DNA of 64,000 nt, taken from contig CM052832.1 of NCBI GenBank assembly GCA_028534125.1, positions 10,480,001-10,544,000 of the forward strand, in the 5' to 3' direction. This document shows, piece after piece, positions 61,200 through 64,000 of the stretch. The position numbers and the translations under genes were made by a program. Under the pieces are notes generated by a model that had not been told where the DNA came from, made no database searches, and saw only the letters and a program-made list of their open reading frames with translations. Each line of letters opens with the position of its first letter. Position 1 is the stretch's first letter. This DNA is from Lama glama (lineage: Eukaryota).

Positions 61200-61360
61200 C
61201 AGATGCACATTCTCTGCTTCACACTTCATGTGACCTTGTGAGGGTGGGCTACAAGGAGACAGAGCACACAGAGGGTGTTCACTCGCCAGGGTCATGCAGC
61301 TCCCACACTGTGGCCCAGGGTTGGAATTTGAGTCTGTCTGACTCTAAAGCTGATGAGTCA
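61200..61360 (-). mobile_element. MIR SINE
   Basis: cttgtgagggtggg...gccagggtcatgcagct...gggttggaatttgagtctgtctgactctaaagc. Confidence 0.6.
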
Positions 61361-61364
61361 CTAT

Positions 61365-61580
61365 TACAGGCAACGTAGCAAAGTGGTCAGATGCTCAGAG
61401 TCCAGGCAAGAACTGCGGGAATCCTGGCTCCGTGCCCTGTGGGAAATCATTTAACCTCTCTGTTCCTTGGTTTCCTCATCTGGAAAATGGGAATAATCAT
61501 TCCACCCACCTCTGAGTGTTTTGATGAGAGGATTATGTGAGTTAATACATGTAAATGCCCGGAAGAGTTTCTTCTGGAAG
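61365..61580 (+). mobile_element. MIR SINE
   Basis: aatcatttaacctctctgttccttggtttcctcatctggaaaatgggaataat...gaggattatgtgagttaatacatgtaaa. Confidence 0.85.
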
Positions 61581-61844
61581 CCGCAGCTGGCCCCTCAGCT
61601 GTGCTCCAGTCTCACCCCCTCGTCTGCATCCCCCAGCCCCACTCCACATTGCCTCTTGGGTCTTCCTCAAAGGTGCCAGCACTCCTCCCTCTTACAGTGG
61701 CCGCAGGGCTCCCTGGAGAGGAACAGGCACAGAGGCTGAAAGATGCAAAAACAAAGCTGCCCAGGAGAAAGCCACAGCCCCTGCTGTGAGCACTGCTGGA
61801 CAGGGTCATTCTCCCCCCAGCCCAGCCTGTCCCCTCTCAGCTCG

Positions 61845-61868
61845 CCTGCCTGCCTGCCTGCCTGCCTA
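61845..61868. repeat. (GCCT)n microsatellite
   Basis: gcctgcctgcctgcctgcctgcct. Confidence 0.9.
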
Positions 61869-62764
61869 CAACACGGTTCTTCATTCCCGCCACCACCAGA
61901 GAAGGCTTGGGCTGGAGGAGACAAGAGGGAAAGCATGTGTGGAGGGAGATGAAGCCCACACGGAACCTCCAGGGCAGAGCTGAGCATGGACTCCAGCTTT
62001 GAGGCTGGAAACTCACGGCTCGCCTTTTTGGAGGCTTCCTCCCACACAGGGACAGCAGGCCAGGTCAGCCGACAGCCTCTGCTGCCACTCTCTGAATCTC
62101 AGCACTCCGGACATGCATGAACAAAGCCTCAAAGCCCTGGATTCTGGGCAAAAGAGAGTGAGGGTGTAGCTGACCCTTTGGGATGCAGTGAGCAGGTAAC
62201 TGACTCTGGGCACTTCCATCATTGAAAGACAGGGCTCGTCTCCAGGCCTGGAGCTGAAATCCTGGGTCTGTAGCAGGTAATCTGAGCATCAAACCCTGAA
62301 TGAGACAATGTTGGGCAGTCAGGAAAATCCAGCCCAGTTCCCAGCCAGTCCTGCTATCTTTTGGGCTTCATGGTCCCTCGGGTGGAGCTGTTGGGGGTTT
62401 TGCCATCCCATCAGCTGATCCAGCCTCTTCCTGTCTCCAGGTCTGCTGCCCAGCCCGCGCATCCTGCCCCGCCCCCTCCAGGCGTGGAGAGCGGCTGCCT
62501 CCACCTGTTCAGGTTTCCAGAGCTTGTTGGAGGGAATCAAAGCCTTCCTGTAGGAACTAATGGGGACAAAGTTCAGACTCTGAAAGGGTATTTTAAGCAA
62601 ATGAATAAGCAACGACCAAGATGCGGGAACAAGGGGGAAGAAGCAAGAGCCAGACATCAAAACTTCACCTGGACCACATGGGGACCAGAAGGATGAGGGG
62701 CGAGGCCGACCAGCCTGGTGGACCAATCATGCTAGGCAAGGGCATTATGGTATCATCTGTGAGG

Positions 62765-62880
62765 AGGCAGATTCATTCATCCACTCACTCCTCATTCATT
62801 CATTCAACAAATAGCTCTTGAGCACTTACTGTATGCCGGGTGCTGGAAGCACTGGGCTGTGGGGGCAAGGCAGACTTGAA
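62765..62880 (-). mobile_element. L2 3' end
   Basis: cattcattcattcaacaaatagctcttgagcacttactgtatgccgggtgctgg. Confidence 0.8.
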
Positions 62881-63269
62881 GTTCAGTTCAGTGGGACTGA
62901 TTTCAGAAGATCCCAGTAGTAAACCCTGCATGCAGGTCACCTCACAGAGCCTTTGTTCGATCTGTAGAGTCATGGGCTGGAGGGCCCTGTTGGTATTATC
63001 GTGCACACGAACCTGGAATGGGCAGACAGGGCTTGACCGTCAGACACTTATGGTCAGGGATCTGGTAACCAAAGTGGACGAAGTCAGAGAGAGATCCTCA
63101 ACCTGCCCCTGGCCCCAACCGCATCACTCACACACACATTCACACACGGGCACACACAATTACACACACATTCTCTCACACGCTCTTGTTCTGGCTTTTC
63201 CTCTCCCGCAGACACTGTCTTCAACGGGCCCCTTTCTGTCTGGCAGTGCAACTGACAGGAGGCTCAGGG

Positions 63270-63970
63270 ACGACAACATGGTTAGGGGATGAGCTGTCTG
63301 GAGTCAGACATCCCTAAATCTGATGCCTGGGCCTCCTGCCACCACCCAGCTCTGTCCTTAGCTACTATTTCTGACCCTTAGTACCTGCTCTGACGCATGG
63401 GGGTGACTTAGCCACTTACTTCACATTCACAGCGTTCTTGCAAGATTTAAATGAGATGAACGAGACCACGCCTGTGAAGTGGACACCTGTCTTTCTTTGA
63501 GGCAGCACCTCACTCCCTCCCTGTGAGGAAGGGTCTCCGGGGATGACTTGGCTCTGTCACTGGATGCATGTGCCCCAGACTCTGGGAGACCCTGAAACCT
63601 GACTCTCTGGCTGCTAGAACAGCTTTACGAGAAAGCAGTGGCTGTGCTGCTCCTTTGGAGGCCAGGGTCCAGCTGGCATCAGTGGGTTAAGCTTCAAGTC
63701 GAGCGCCAGCCGGCAGCGGTAGTGTCCAGACTTGGACCACTTTAGCAACATCGCCGTGGGTGTTATTCTTGAGTGGGTGGCCCCAGACCTTGTTTGTAGG
63801 CCCTTTGGAGTATCTATGAGCAACCAAAGATGTTTTTAGTAAATTCTAATCCTGTTTAAATCAACCAGAGTTCATTTCTGTTGCTTGCGTCTCAGAGAAT
63901 GGCCTGACAGTGTGTGAAGTGCTTGGCTGGCTGCCCAGAACACATAGCAAGTGCTCAATAAATGTGAGCA
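63270..63970 (+). mobile_element. MIR split by an ancient LTR (~63470-63910)
   Basis: MIR 5' part tctggagtcagac...atttaaatgagatg; LTR end tttaaatcaaccagagttcatttctgttgcttgc; MIR tail gtgaagtgcttggc...catagcaagtgctcaataaatg. Confidence 0.55.
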
Positions 63971-64000
63971 ATCGGAGATGACATGCACGCACCTGGAAGG

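Noticed and set aside
61200..61580. Adjacent inverted MIR pair as a hairpin RNA
   Set aside because: The copies are too diverged for stable pairing, and such pairs are common at this MIR density
1..64000. Naming the neighbouring gene or locus
   Set aside because: No exon was recognised; synteny needs a BLAT search

Overview
Non-coding mammalian genomic DNA, most likely camelid. The lineage call rests on a tRNA-Ala(AGC)-derived Vic-1-type SINE with a 14-bp TSD (59982-60095) and Cetartiodactyla/camelid-type L1 3' ends (5783-6373, 37495-37701). No credible protein-coding gene or functional RNA gene was found; the ORF track is chance or repeat-derived. The window is dense in old interspersed repeats (MIR, L2, L1M, MLT1/MLT2, LTR16, LTR33, MER21, MER5, a Tigger1-derived MITE), with unique homeobox-motif-rich or CpG-rich blocks that resemble distal enhancers, and a 500-N gap at 55957-56456. 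The most unusual structure is a ~4.1-kb mosaic tandem array (38645-42790). It is built from two oppositely oriented ERV1-type LTRs (8 and 4 full or partial copies) and an L2-derived ~38-bp minisatellite, with repeated chimeric junctions and signs of recombination between copies. Smaller findings are a 177-bp orphan retrocopy with a 13-bp TSD at a perfect TT/AAAA site, a ~25-bp micro-inversion in an L1 3' UTR, a CpG-island-like LTR16 and a degenerate CTCTGCAAAC repeat. Repeat family names come from recalled consensus motifs, not a database search, and boundaries of old repeats are approximate. I cannot support a claim of a new biological system beyond these structures.
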